Source of the DNA: Geosiphon pyriformis uo1
Lineage: Eukaryota > Fungi > Glomeromycota
Assembly (NCBI GenBank): GCA_016748015.1
Contig: JAAOMT010000597.1
Coordinates: forward strand, 845,181 to 909,180
Length of the DNA: 64,000 bases
Direction of reading: 5' to 3'
The notes under the pieces were generated by a model. That model did no database searches. It was not told the origin of the DNA and worked only from the letters and a program-made list of their open reading frames with translations. A program made the position numbers and the translations under genes. Of the stretch, positions 1 through 13,189 are shown one piece after another (the stretch's first letter is position 1; each line of letters opens with the position of its first letter).

Positions 1-469
1 GTTTTTTTTGTAATAAGCCATAAAATAGAATCTTAAGTATTGTTAAATTCTAAGCTAAATTTTTTAAGATTTAAGTTTAGGAGTTTTGTGGAGTCTATTA
101 TTAAACTTATTGAATTTTTTGTGTTTTTTATTAGTATTAAAAATATTCATAATATAATTACTAATATAAAATTTTCTTATATATAAATTTTTAATTAAAC
201 CAAAAAAAATATAGTATATATTTTTTTAATAAATTTTATATAAAAAAATTAAATATAACAAAAAATATTTTGTGTAAGCGTAATAAAAGAATACAAATAA
301 TTATTTAAAAACCTAAAAAAAAACACCAAAAAAAAGCTTGTAAAAAAACCAAAAATAAATTAAAATAAAAGTTATTTTAATATATATTAAACATTTGATT
401 TTTTAATAAAAATTTGTAATTATTATTACATTTATTGCATTTTAAATTTTTTTTAAAATAAAATAATAT

Positions 470-970
470 TGTTACAAATTAAAATAATACACTAATAAAG
501 AGCAAAAAAAACAATTATTGTATGCTAAAAAATGATTAAAGAATAAATTCAATATACAAGATTAGTTTTATAAATATCTTCGTCGTTATTCTTTCTAAAA
601 AATAACAAAAGAATCTGAAGATAAAAAATAGTCTATATTATTAACAAAAAATAATGCAGCTGTTATAATTATATGTTTTATGTTAATGTTTTTATAAATC
701 AAAAAAAAACAAAAAAATAGTCAAAAAAATAAAGAATTAATATTATATTAATATTTGTTTAAATAAATAATTTTCTATAGTTTTTAGAAAGCTTTATTAA
801 AAATAATAATAATTAGATCAATAATTAGATTAATTATTAAGTTAATAACTAAGTTAATAATTAATTTAACAATCAAATTATTAATCAAATTAATAATTAT
901 ATTAATCATTTATTTTAAATAGAGTGTGATTAATATAAATAATATGAGTGACTAATATATATAGTCAAAT
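470..970. repeat. Degenerate dispersed repeat, inverted copy at ~11085-11730
   Basis: The reverse complement of 550-582 (aatatacaagattagttttataaatatcttcg) matches aagatatttgtaaaactaatcttgtatatt near 11587-11616. The ~12-bp tandem units at 810-900 match 11150-11245 in reverse. Boundaries are approximate. Confidence 0.7.
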
Positions 971-3900
971 AATTAATATAACTAAGATTCAACTGTAATA
1001 ATATATTTTATTTATATTAAAATTTGGTTTGCATTATTAACTCAAATATTTTTTTACCAATTTAATTATAAAATAAGCTTTATATAATACTTTCAATGTT
1101 TATAATAATGTATTATTTATTATTATGAAATAAATTAAAATATTAAACAGAAAAATTTAATAATATTGACTTCTATTTATTATTGTTTTTTGATTTTTTA
1201 AAAAAATTTGTAAATATTTGTTTAAAATCTTATTTTGATAATTTCTAGTTAAATTTATAAACTATTTTTTTTAATACAAATATTTTTTTAAAAATATAAA
1301 AGACAATATTTTTGTTTTTTTTGCTTTGATTTTGGGATTTATAATAAATTTTATTTTTATATATATCTACTTCTGTATATAATAATATTACTCAATAATT
1401 TATTTTAATATTAAAAAATTCACAAATTAAAGTAAACTGAATATGTATTGTTTAGCTAAAACATTCAAATATTAAACAAACTATTTTTAAAAATTAAAAA
1501 TTAATTTATAATATTAATAAAAATATTACAGCTGTTATTATTCTATGTTTTAATTAACACTATTAAAATTTAATAACAAATAACCAAGCTGACGATTAAA
1601 TCAATAATTAAGTAAATAATTGAACTAGGGTTTCCAATTAACTTAAATTAAATTAACTGATTCTGTATAGTATAAGAAGAGTTGAAAATAGCTAAACAGA
1701 AATTTGTAAAAGAAAAAAGATTAAATTCAGTATTTTCAATATAATTATATTAGTAATAGTTATAAAAAATATTGTTTAATTGTAAGAAATAGTTTTTGTA
1801 TCATATATTTACTTTGTTTCATTTTGTTTCAATATATGTTATATACAAAATTTATAAAAATTTTGAATATTAAGTATTATAAATTTATTATTAAAAAGTA
1901 GTAGCTTTTATAAAATTTAATACTTTAAGCCTTAAAAATTGCTTACTAAATTTAGCTATTCAGATTTTAAATAAAATGCAAATTTATAAAACCACTAACG
2001 TTTTTACTACACACATATTTATCTAAAATCAAAAAAAAACTTTTTTTAATATGAAACATCTCACATTACTTATTAATGCAATTGAACTTTTCTTTAACTC
2101 ATTAGAGCTTTTTATTAATGTTCCGATTCTTAATAACTATTTTTTTATATTTTTGTTATATTGAAATTTAAAGATTATAACTAAAGAAAAAAAAGAAAAA
2201 CAGCTATTTGATTCTTCGATTCAAATAACATACCTTAGACATATAACAATAAAGCAACTGAACTTTTGTCAATTTTTTTACTTTTTTGAAATTTTTGTCT
2301 TTTCTTAAAAAGCAAATGAGAATTATAAAGTGGGTTGAAAAAAGATAATCTTCAAAGATAATTTAAAACCTTTTTCTTGTGACTTGTTTTGTTACAATCA
2401 TTTATTTTTATTTGATGTTTTTTGTTATTTATGATTTAACAGATATGGATTTACATTTAACTTTTTGCACTAAGTTAAAAAAAAAGAGTTATAAGGAATT
2501 TGTGTAATGTAACGTTTTATAACTATAGTAATAAATTAAATTAAGATTTAATTAGTCAATGCTTCAATAATACATAAAATAAGCATATCTAAATGAAAAA
2601 CAAAAGTGCATAATAAAGTTAATATTTATTGTTCAAATTACCGTAGTAAACCGTGAATGAATATAATTTTTTTTTGAACATTAGAAATAAAGATACCATT
2701 TTAATAGGTTGCAACCAATTTAATGTTTAATAGCTATACATAAAATTTTTACTTGGTTTTCATAAATGAAGATTTCATATATTTATACAAATAACTTATA
2801 CTTAGAATTTTTTACATATATCAATTTTAAATTCTTAATTCATATTCAGTTAATTATTATTATATTTTTATAATTTATAATAAAGTAATATAAATAATTT
2901 ATTATATAAAAATTAAAATGAAACCAAATTCTTTACAGCAATACTAAGCACAAATAATTATTTTTTTTAAAATAAAATGTGGTTCTGATAAGGAGTAATA
3001 ACAAAGAGTTTTTTTAAGAAAATATTATGCTTACCAAACATTAATATTTATATAATCTTTTCTTACATTAATGCAAAATTAACATATAATGATAATCTCT
3101 TTAAAATTACTTTTTTCGGAATAGTCTTTTATTTTTCTAAATTCTTCAAAAGATTTTTAATATTTTCTGTGCAATGATTTTTTGACCATAGATTTTACAT
3201 TATAAATTTTATTTTAGTACTGAAGTGTTTACTAAAATGCTTTGAAATAAAAAAACATTAATTTATTTGACAGTTTTAATATTTAAAAAGTCTTAAAGGC
3301 AAAATAGAAATTTCAAAAGACAAAGTTATTTTAATAAACAATCACCTTAAATGATAAAAAAAGTCAAGTATTTAAGTGAAATATGCAATTTTTTAAATAT
3401 ATTAAAGACAATTTAATATATAAAAGAATATTATTTGCTTTCAAACAAAATTTATCAATATGATTGAATAAATCAAATAAAAAAAAGTAAAGTTGCCATG
3501 TTTAGACTATTAATAACAAATTGCAATTCACAAACATTCAATCACTAACATAACTAAAAATTCGTGACTTCGACAAATGCCTAAATTACAAATTATTAAT
3601 ATTATAAATATCAAATAAATATTGCTTACAAATCTAAAGAATAAGAAATTATTAACAAATATCAAATATCAATGAATAAAAAAATAATTAAATTAAATTT
3701 GATAATTATTAGTTGGTTATTTATGTTTTGCAAAAATAAATAAAAATAAATAATTAGAAATTCTAAATACAATTTTTTTAATACTCTTTTGTGTTAAAAC
3801 TTGCTATAATTTTTTCTTTACAATTTTGGTCTATACAAAAATAAAACTTTAACAATATATGACAAAAAACTTTATAGTGATATTAACATGGTTCATTTAT

Positions 3901-5112
3901 TGCCAATTTCGATAAACTTTTGGTTTTTATTGTTAATTGTTTGAGCCCATTGGAGTTTTGTTTGGAAATTTGAAATGAATAGATTAAAATACAGTGAATT
4001 TTTAAAAAAATTGTAATTCAAATAAAATGATTGTTCTTTTATAATTAGCGCATTTAATTTACATGGTTTTGATATAAAAGGTTCTAAAAAAATTTTCTGG
4101 TGCTTAAAAATCTTTTGTTACGGCATGAGATACTAGCCCTAAATACTTATACTGTAAAACCTCACTTCGCATATTGAAATTATGCCTTGTTTTACATACC
4201 GTCGAAAAATTTGATTTTTGTTTCAAAGGATTGCTGGCTCATAAAAATGCCGGATTTAAAAATTGAGAAAATTTCAAACTTAAAAGAATTAGGTTTGAAT
4301 TTTGACTTAGGAATCCTAAGCTGTTGTACCTCTGTTGTTTTGAAAAGGTTTGAGGTAGAAATAGCTTGATATTTCCTTATAAGAGATTAAAGTGGCAAAT
4401 TAAACAGCTCTACGAAAAGTTTATAGTGATAATATTCCATAGTTTGGCAATCATGAACAGCGAACTTCTTTTTTATAATTTGAACAGCATATTAAATGAA
4501 AGATGGTTCAATCCTTTGTCTTTTGTTAGGATATATTGAATTGGAGTAAATTTCTCGGTAGTTGCTGAGATTTGGAATTTCTACCCAAATAGAACTTTAC
4601 GAGACGAGCTGATTTTCAATCAATTTATTTATCTATTGAGCGAAATAAATTATTTTACGATCCTTGGTTGTTAAGTGACATTTTATAATTCAAAATTTTC
4701 CAACAAGCTTTTATACAGTATTTTTTATTTTTTTCGCTAGCTGAAAAAGCATTTTTCATTTTATAATGACTTTTCAACCCTCTCTAATGAGCAATATTAA
4801 AAGAATGCTTTCTAAATTTAACGTTTCATTAAGATATTTTGATCTTGATTCAAATTGCAAGATAATATTTGGATTTTGACTTTTCCCTGAACTGAAGCTG
4901 CGAATCAATATACGAAATTAGTGAGAGCCCAAAATCAAATTTGCAATGATATTTCTGGAATAACACAAAATATGAGATTACGAGCACTTAAATATATTAT
5001 TTGACAAGTTTTTAGAGGAATAGAATTAAAGAAATTGTCCTAAAAAAGACACATGCCGTATTACATAATTAATTACTTAATGTTTTATTTTAAAGTTTCT
5101 CTCTTTAAATGC

Positions 5113-5485
5113 TCAGGATAAAGCTTTCTTCTTCATTTGCGTCCATTTCTTTTTACAGCTATCGCCAACCCGATGTGTACCAACATTTTTAGCCACCTCG
5201 GACCATTTTCCACCATGGATTAATATTGCATCCAACAAGCGTTCCTCTTCTTCTCTTGTCCACGGGATGGCGTTTCGCTTTTTGGTTATTAAATTTGAAG
5301 GATTGGAGATATTTTTTTGTGCCATGAAAATCTCACTTTTTTTGGCCTCAACAGTGGTTGGTTCTAAATATTTCTGGGGGAATGCAAGCAAAAAAGGTTA
5401 TGCATTCCCAATTTATTTCAATTCTTAGTTCCTTGAAGGCTAGATGATACTTTTTTACCCTTTTTTTGGAAGCACTTTTTCTCAT
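5113..5485 (-). CDS. Small single-repeat Myb/SANT DNA-binding protein, ~95 aa; exons 5485-5459 and 5373-5113
   Basis: ATG at 5485 gives MRKSASKKR, followed by an 85-bp GT..AG intron joining in frame to KYLEP... The Myb repeat is WTREEEERLLDAILIHGGKWSEVAKNVGTHRVGDSCKKKW, with three spaced Trp residues. Confidence 0.85.
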
Positions 5486-5627
5486 TGTGATGGCGTGAGA
5501 ATTTTTAGGATTTTAAGTGATGAAGTTCAACTCACTCAGACAGCTAAAAGTTCAAATTTTCATCTCACTGGTAATATATAAAGAAATAAGACAGAATCTA
5601 TTATCCTAACTCGAAATTAGCCGTCTT

Positions 5628-6470
5628 GGCCCCGAGATCAGAAAATTAAGCAATCGATCGATATATTACATTTTGAAATGATTAATACGTCAATGGCTAT
5701 TTCCCGAGAACTTTGTTATTTTAATTCGGTTGATATTGGTGTTCATACCAAGATCCCTCTAGAGTATAGGAGAATGACTCATAGCTTATAAATCAAGTTA
5801 CAGTTTAATAAATATTCAAAATTACGAAGAACCAGGGTATTCAAAGATTAACCTCGAAGCCTCATAATAAATATCCGGAAAACCATTTTTTTTCAAATAA
5901 GAATGATGATACAATTGACCCCCGGAATTACTTGTTGTTTAATCTAACACCATAGGTTCATTTGGATGTTATCTTATCCTTAATTATTGTTATTGAAAAC
6001 GATCGTCATTTATTAGAAAAGTTGAGACATTATCTCATTAATAGCCGTTATTCAAAAATCTTAGAATAATATTAAATATTTTGTACTAGACCAGGGAATT
6101 TTTTTGACCAATCATTTTATTATTCAGAAAACAATTAGCTTGGTGGTGGTAAACAAAAACCCTTGGAAGGAAATTTATTAAAAACTAGAAACCCTTACTA
6201 AGAACACATACAAGCATTGATCTCTTATTGTACTCGAATGGGAATTTATGACCCGATCCTGTATAACTCTGCTAACCAATTATATCTTTCTCAGGTCCGA
6301 TTTAAGTTTAATCAATGGATACTTAAAATCATATTTGAAATTGCGAGCTGGAAAATTATTTTCTTCGGCTAACTCTAAAACTTTTTTTTCTGGTTTCGTA
6401 ATGAATAAAAATTTTTAACTAGAGCGGAAACAAAAAAGGCATTGATTTCTGTAAAAGATTTGAGATTGAA
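5628..6470 (-). promoter_or_regulatory. Upstream region of the Myb gene; inverted homolog of 13190-14966
   Basis: Blocks such as cccttggaaggaaatttattaaaaactagaaacccttactaagaaca (6160-6206) and cattgatctcttattgtactcgaatgggaattt are reverse complements of 13572-13694. Further collinear blocks run to both ends. The regulatory role is inferred from position. Confidence 0.75.
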
Positions 6471-6479
6471 CTTATCTGA

Positions 6480-9400
6480 AATACTATTATTGGTTATTTG
6501 AACACTAATATTAAAAGCCAACAAAATACTTAATTAGTTATAGCTAATATTTTATTGTAAACTTACATCAATTCTTTTTTTAAAAAAACACTGTTATTAT
6601 TAAATAATCATTAAAGAATTAATTAAACTTAATCTTAAATTATTAGATCCATATCTAAAAAAAATTGAAAGCCTTGATTTTCAAATACTTTAATATTTTT
6701 GCCAAAGAAAATGAGTTTGGCCAAACCAATTTAGTTTATTATCAAATTTATATTAAAGATACTTTACTAATCAAACAACATATATATATAATACTATTAA
6801 TTAAACATAATTTTATTAGAAAATAGATTTATATGATTATTAAAAAATAACAAGATCTGATTTTGTGTAAATTATTAAAAACTTGATAATATTATCAAAA
6901 AGATGTTTATTTACTGCTATGAATTAATGCAATTTTAGATGTTTTAAAAAATTCAAAATAGCTTTCAACTTTGAATTTAGCCAGTGGTTGATAACAAGTT
7001 ATCATAATTCAAACAATTATGAAAAAAATATTTATTATACAAAATAATAATTATAAATTTAATGTTATGCTTTTATAAAAAATCACAACTTGATTTTTGA
7101 ATTTAATCTATTTAAAATTAAAAAAGTTAAAAATTTCTTAATTTCTTAAAACTTAATTAAATTCTATAGATTTTTTGAACTTATATTATTTTACTGCCAT
7201 TTTATTCACAACTTTTTATATATTACTCAATTTTTGAATTATTTTTTATTTTAAAAGCATAAAATATGAATAAATTAAAAAACACCAGAAAGCATTTAAT
7301 CATCTCAAACAAAAACTTATTAATGCTCCAATTTTGGTTTACTTTAACAAAAAATTCATTTTTATAACAGATGTATTTAAAACCAGTTTCGATAATATTT
7401 TATTATAGCTTAATAAAAAAACTAAAAAACATATAGTTGTTTATATAAGCAAAAATTTTAGTACTGTTAAAAGAACTATACAGCACAAAAAATTGAATGT
7501 TTTGTATTGTTTGAACTATAAAATATTTTTGATAATATCTTTGCAATAAATTATTTAACATTATTACTAAAAGATTTATCTGGCTTATTAACAAAAAAAT
7601 TTACTTGAACAATAATATGTCAAATAAATAATATTTTTACAATTCTATACTTATAATAAACAATTAACATTAATATTCTTTATTAATAATATTGTAAGTA
7701 AATCAAATTAATATTTGAAAAATAAATATTAAAAACTACAACAATCTGATTCAATATTTAATAACACTTTAGTTTTTAGCAAAATTATTATTTAAAAAAC
7801 AAACAAAAATACAAAAAAAATTATTCCATATAACATATATGTAAATTCAAATATTAAAACTTTGCAAAAAAAAATATAATTTAATAAACAATTAATTTGT
7901 ACTATTGGCCAAAAATACATACAAATATTATCTAATATGTTTAAAATTCTAATAGTTATTAAAAAAAAGAATCATAAACAATTAAACCATTAAGATCAAT
8001 TAAAATTCAAAAATTATTTGATTAAATTAAAATTGATTTTAAAAAAATTATTATATTATTGTTGTTATTAATTATTCAACCAAATAGCTTAAAGCAAAAG
8101 TTATAAAAACAGCCAATGCCAAATTAATAGCTGATTTTATATATAAAGATTTAATTTGTAAACATAATTATTTAAAAAGCTATTTTTAAATTAAAAAACT
8201 TATTATATAAACAACTTACTCTTAAAAATTAATTAATACTTTAAAATTAAGTGCTTTTTTATTATTTTATTATTTTCAAACAAATAGATTAATTAAATAA
8301 ATAAATTATATACAGTCTGGTAAGAAAAAAATTGGAAATATAAAAATAATTACTATGTCTTAACTAATGTACCAAATTACATAAAATAACTTTTATTAGA
8401 AAGTCAAATACTATATAATTTTATTAAAAAAAATTAATAGGAAATTCTCTCACCATTTGTCTCGATTATTATTTCACAACGGTGCTTTATTAATACTACT
8501 AAACCAATTAAGATAGATTCAGGAATATCTTGCTATTCTTCTCTCATAAATCTCACTAATTTACTATGATTTTGAGACATTCTTTTTAATAATAGCCCAA
8601 AGGTTATCTATTGGGTTTAATTCGGGACTATTAAATGACCACTTCAACAAATCAGTTGTATTCTCAACAATAAACTCTTTGACAAGCTTGCTAGTATGCT
8701 TGGGATTATTATCTTGTTGGAATTGCCAATTATCTTCCAGTATTGCTTTAATTTCAGGTAAGTTGTTATGAAGAATATCTATATAAAATTGAGCATTTAT
8801 TATTTGAATAAAACAAAATAAATTAGTCTTTTCTTTTTCGTAGAAACCCCCCCCCCCCNNNNNNNNNNNNNNNNNNNNCCCCCCCCCCCCCCCCCCCCCC
8901 CCACGCAAGAATTTTTGTTCAATTTTTGAATACAATGAATTGGTCGAGTACCTTTATGCCAATGTTTTACCATGTTTTGAAAAAGTTGAAAAGATGTTTT
9001 GTCAATAAAAACTGTTCTTTTCCAATCGTCATTCAGGTGTTTTTTGGTCCATTCTAATGTTTTCATTTATACTCTTTGGTCAGCATTAGAGTTGCTCTAG
9101 AAAGACTTTTTTTATAATTAAGATTAAATAAATGGTTTTGAATAGTAACATGAGAAACATTTATTTCTTTTTTAGCCAACTTTATTGCTAAATATCTAGA
9201 TAGAACTAAGGAATTTCTATGATAATCTGCCCTAATACTTTCAAAGAATTTCTCATAATCTTTCTTGGCTGACCATTACCACTTACATGTTTTATTGTTC
9301 CTTTTTTTTGAGTTTTTCGAGGATATGATAGATTGTAGAAAGGAGTATATTCATTTTATTCTGTATTTCTTTCACCTTTTGCGTTTTTTGCTTCCAAAAA

Positions 9401-10040
9401 TGTAATACTACTTGCCGTTGCATTTCTTGCTTTGAAGTCGGCATTTCAAAGACAAGTTTTAAAAAAAACTATTAGTTAATATGCAAGAAAATGTTTTTAG
9501 AGCTCAGCCACTCACCTAATGTTCTGTTTCCATTTTTACCGTCACAAAACTTACCAAAAATGGTTAAACCAAACGCAATCTTAGTAGATTCATATTTTTC
9601 CAATTTTGTTCTTACCAGACTGTAGATTAATTGTGAATTATTAGCAAAATAAGGAATAAAATAAAACAAAAATAAGCAATAAAATAAACAAAAATAAAGT
9701 TTATTTATTTATTTTATTTTATTGGCTTATTAAATACTTAAACATAATACTATAAAATCTCTACTTTTTAAATTATCATATAAAAAACTATTATATTATT
9801 GATTAAATTAAGATTAATACTTATTTTATTAAACAAATTACAAAAGAAAATTTGCAAAATAAAATTAAAAAAAACATACAAATTACTAAAAGCTTTAAAA
9901 AAAAATGTCAAATTGTAATACATAATCTTAAATATTTACAAATACAACAAAAAGCCTGAAATAATAACAAACTTTTAGATAACTTTATTGTTTAAAAAAT
10001 AAAATTGCACATAGAAATTATTTAAAATTATATTATTAAA
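6480..10040 (+). mobile_element. Degenerate Ty3/Gypsy retrotransposon pol (RT-RNaseH-integrase), interrupted by a Tc1 element
   Basis: Decayed motifs appear in Gypsy order: FCVNY*KLDNI..DVYLLL*INAILD..STLNLASG**QV (RT, ~6860-7000); HQKAFNHLKQKLINAPILVY..TD (~7280-7375); YIIVVINYSTK*LKAK..IADFIYKDLICKH and QTNRLIK (integrase, 8050-8300); ILLAY*ILKHNT (~9715) after the Tc1. Many stops and frameshifts. Confidence 0.85.
8313..9622 (-). mobile_element. Tc1/mariner DNA transposon (~1.3 kb) with TIRs, TA target duplication and disrupted transposase (~9444-8434)
   Basis: TA|CAGTCTGGTAAGAAAAAAATTGGAAA at 8311 pairs with TTTCCAATTTTGTTCTTACCAGACTG|TA ending 9622-9624. Transposase motifs WKRTVFIDKT, FQQDNNPKH and SPELNPIDNLW are present. 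Contains frameshifts and an N gap. Confidence 0.92.
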
Positions 10041-11084
10041 AACAGTTATCAAATTTCCAAATTTAAGATTTAAAACCAATAGTTATAATTAAACACTATC
10101 TAAATTAAAAAAACAATTAGTTTTATTTTTTAAATTTATTTATTTATAAAAAGACCAAAAATAATCACAACATAAATATTTAAAATTTAAAAAACTCTTA
10201 AAAATAATTTAAAACAATTAAAATATTTTTTAAAAATTATTGCTTTTTTTCTTTTTTTTCTTTTTTATTTTGAATATATCTAATAATATTTAAATATCTT
10301 TCAATTATTCTTTTAATTACTTTAAAAATCAAATTTATATTAAAGAATTATTTTAAAAATTCTAAAATTTTTTACTTTAGAAAAATGCCAATTAAAATAA
10401 ATTATTTTCAATTTTATTTTTCAAAACATAAACATTTCAATATTTTAATTAAAAAAATAGTTAAAAAACTTAAAATTGCTTTAAAGCAAACAAATAAGAA
10501 TTTGTAAAAAGAAACCAATTTGGTCTTGTTTATTTTATTTCAACATATTTATTATCAAATTGCAATTGAATTAAATTTACAAAAAATATATACTAAAAAA
10601 CACAACAAAGAAGTTACAAAAAAAACAACTTTAAATATTAATATAAAACAATATATTAATTATATATTTTGTTTTAATACTGTTTAAAAATATTGCTTAA
10701 ACATAAAATAGAAATACTTATTAATACTAAGTTCAAAAGTATGTAACAATAAATTATTAAAACAAATATTCAAGATTTTTTAAATAATATTTTTTTTTAT
10801 TGGTTTTATGAGTACGACCTAATCACTATCTGGTATATAACTAATATTATTAATAAAAAAATTAATTTTAATTTCAATTTTAAAAGAAAATAATATTATT
10901 TATAGAATTTAACATATAATATTATTAAAATTATTATATAAATTAATCAATTATTAATTATAATATTTAATACAGTATAAATAAAATATATTTATAAACA
11001 AATATTAAAAAAACATAAAATAATATAATAGTATTATGATTAAAACTTTTACTTTTTAATTTTATTTACTTACTTAACCATAGT

Positions 11085-13000
11085 TAATTATATATATTAA
11101 TCACTAATATTATTAGTTAACCATTCTATTTTTAAAAGTAGTTGTTAATATAATTATTAACTTGATCAATTATTTAATTATTAACTTGGTTATTGACTCG
11201 ATTATTGATCTGATTATTAACTAAATTATTAATGTAATTATTAATCTCTTTTTAAAAGTATATAAGTAAAACTTTTTAAAACTGTAAAAAATTATTTATA
11301 TTCAAATTAAATTTATTTAATGCAAAGATTAATACAATAATATTAATTTTTTTATTTTTTTTCACTATTTAATTAATTTAATTTTTCTTAATTTGTATAA
11401 TTGTTAAGTTTTTATAAAGTATATTGAATAAATATTTACTAAAAAATACAACTAATATTTGATATTGAATTCTAAGAATTTTAATATAAAATATAGAATT
11501 ATATTAGTGTGTTATTTTTTATTAATAGTATAAACTATCTTTTTATTTTTAAGTTTTTTTATTATCTTTTGGAAAAAATAATAAGTAAGATATTTGTAAA
11601 ACTAATCTTGTATATTTAATTCTTATTAATATAATTTATTTATTAAATTGAATTACTTTTTAATTATTTTTATTGTTATATAATATTGTTCTCTCTTGCT
11701 ATTTATTAATATGTTATATTTAATCATAATAATAATATGTAAACATATATAATTGTATCTAATTATACAAAATTACTTAAAAATTGGCCCAAAAAATATT
11801 TGTTAATAAACAAATAATCTAATAACTTAGCAATTATTTACAATTTAATTTATTTTTGTATAATTAAAAAAATATATAATAGTTTTAACTTGTAAAAAAA
11901 TCTATTTAATAATAAAAATAATAATTAATTATTAATTTTTTTTTAAATTTTTTGCTTTAGAATTTATTTATATTAAAAAATAAAATTAATATTTTAAATT
12001 ATAAAACAAAAATTATTAATAAAAATATAATTCAAATATTAAAATCATTTATATTTGACCAATATTTTAATTAATTTAAAAATTCAAAAATTTTTTTAAT
12101 AAACTGAAAAAATAATTTCCGATTAAGATTATTTATTCAAATATTGAAGAATTTAATATAATATTAAAAAAATATTTGTAAAAGTCACAAGAAAAAATAT
12201 AATTAGAAATATAAAAATTTTTTAGAAATTTTTTTTATTAGACAAACATAATAAAAACAACACATACAATAGATTAATATTGCTTATAAAAATTTTTTTT
12301 TATATTTGCTAAAAGTTAATAAAATTTACAAAACTAATTTTCAGACTTTTAAGTTAACAAAAACATTAATATTGATATTATAAATTAGAATTTACTAATA
12401 AAAAACTTTTAGAAACAAAGCAAATTATACTTATAATTACAAGAAATTATTTTTTATAATAGTAAATATACTTCAAAAAGATGTTTACAAACAGATTTTT
12501 AACTGTTAAAATTTTTGTTTTTTTTTAATAAATAGTTATTAATACTATATTATTTGTTTTATTATTACTTATATGATTATTTTTTGCTGCACAAAAAAAA
12601 CAATTTAAAATAAATTCTTTTATAATATGTTATAAAAAAAATAATTTATTTAAGAATAATAATTTTTATTTTGTAAAAAAAAATTTTTATATAATTGTAA
12701 TATTATGTTTATATTATAAAAATCTAAAAAAATTCCATAATAATTTTGTAAAGTTTTCGATTGTACTACATATTTTTTTAATATTTTAATTTCTTATTCA
12801 AGTGTAAAAAATAATAATTTAATATTATTTTTCATGTTTTTAAAAGTTTTATGGTTTTTATTTATATTCTTAAGATAAAAAAAGTTGTTTTGTTATGTTC
12901 ATATAATAATGACCTAAATCAAATTTATATGACTAAAAGTATTGGAATTTGATTTCAAAAATTATTATTATTAAAAGTTATACACAATTTTTTTTAATAT
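11085..13000 (+). mobile_element. Highly decayed repeat, possibly a CACTA/EnSpm-like transposase relic
   Basis: The 5' part is duplicated at 470-970. Extreme AT richness with only faint peptide resemblance; the family assignment is weak. Confidence 0.3.
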
Positions 13001-13189
13001 TTCATAAAAATTGTAATAAAAAATGGGTGTTTTATATATTAATTAATTAATTTAAAATACAAAAAATGGTACAAAAAAATATTAATTAATGAAAAAAATT
13101 TCAATAAACAAATTATTAGATATAATTGAGTGTAAAAAAACATGATAATTTATACCCATCAATTAAGTTAAATTATCAAAAAATTAATT

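Noticed and set aside
4187-4900. Slightly GC-richer segment with a 60-aa ORF
   Set aside because: No recognisable domain or consistent exon structure on either strand.
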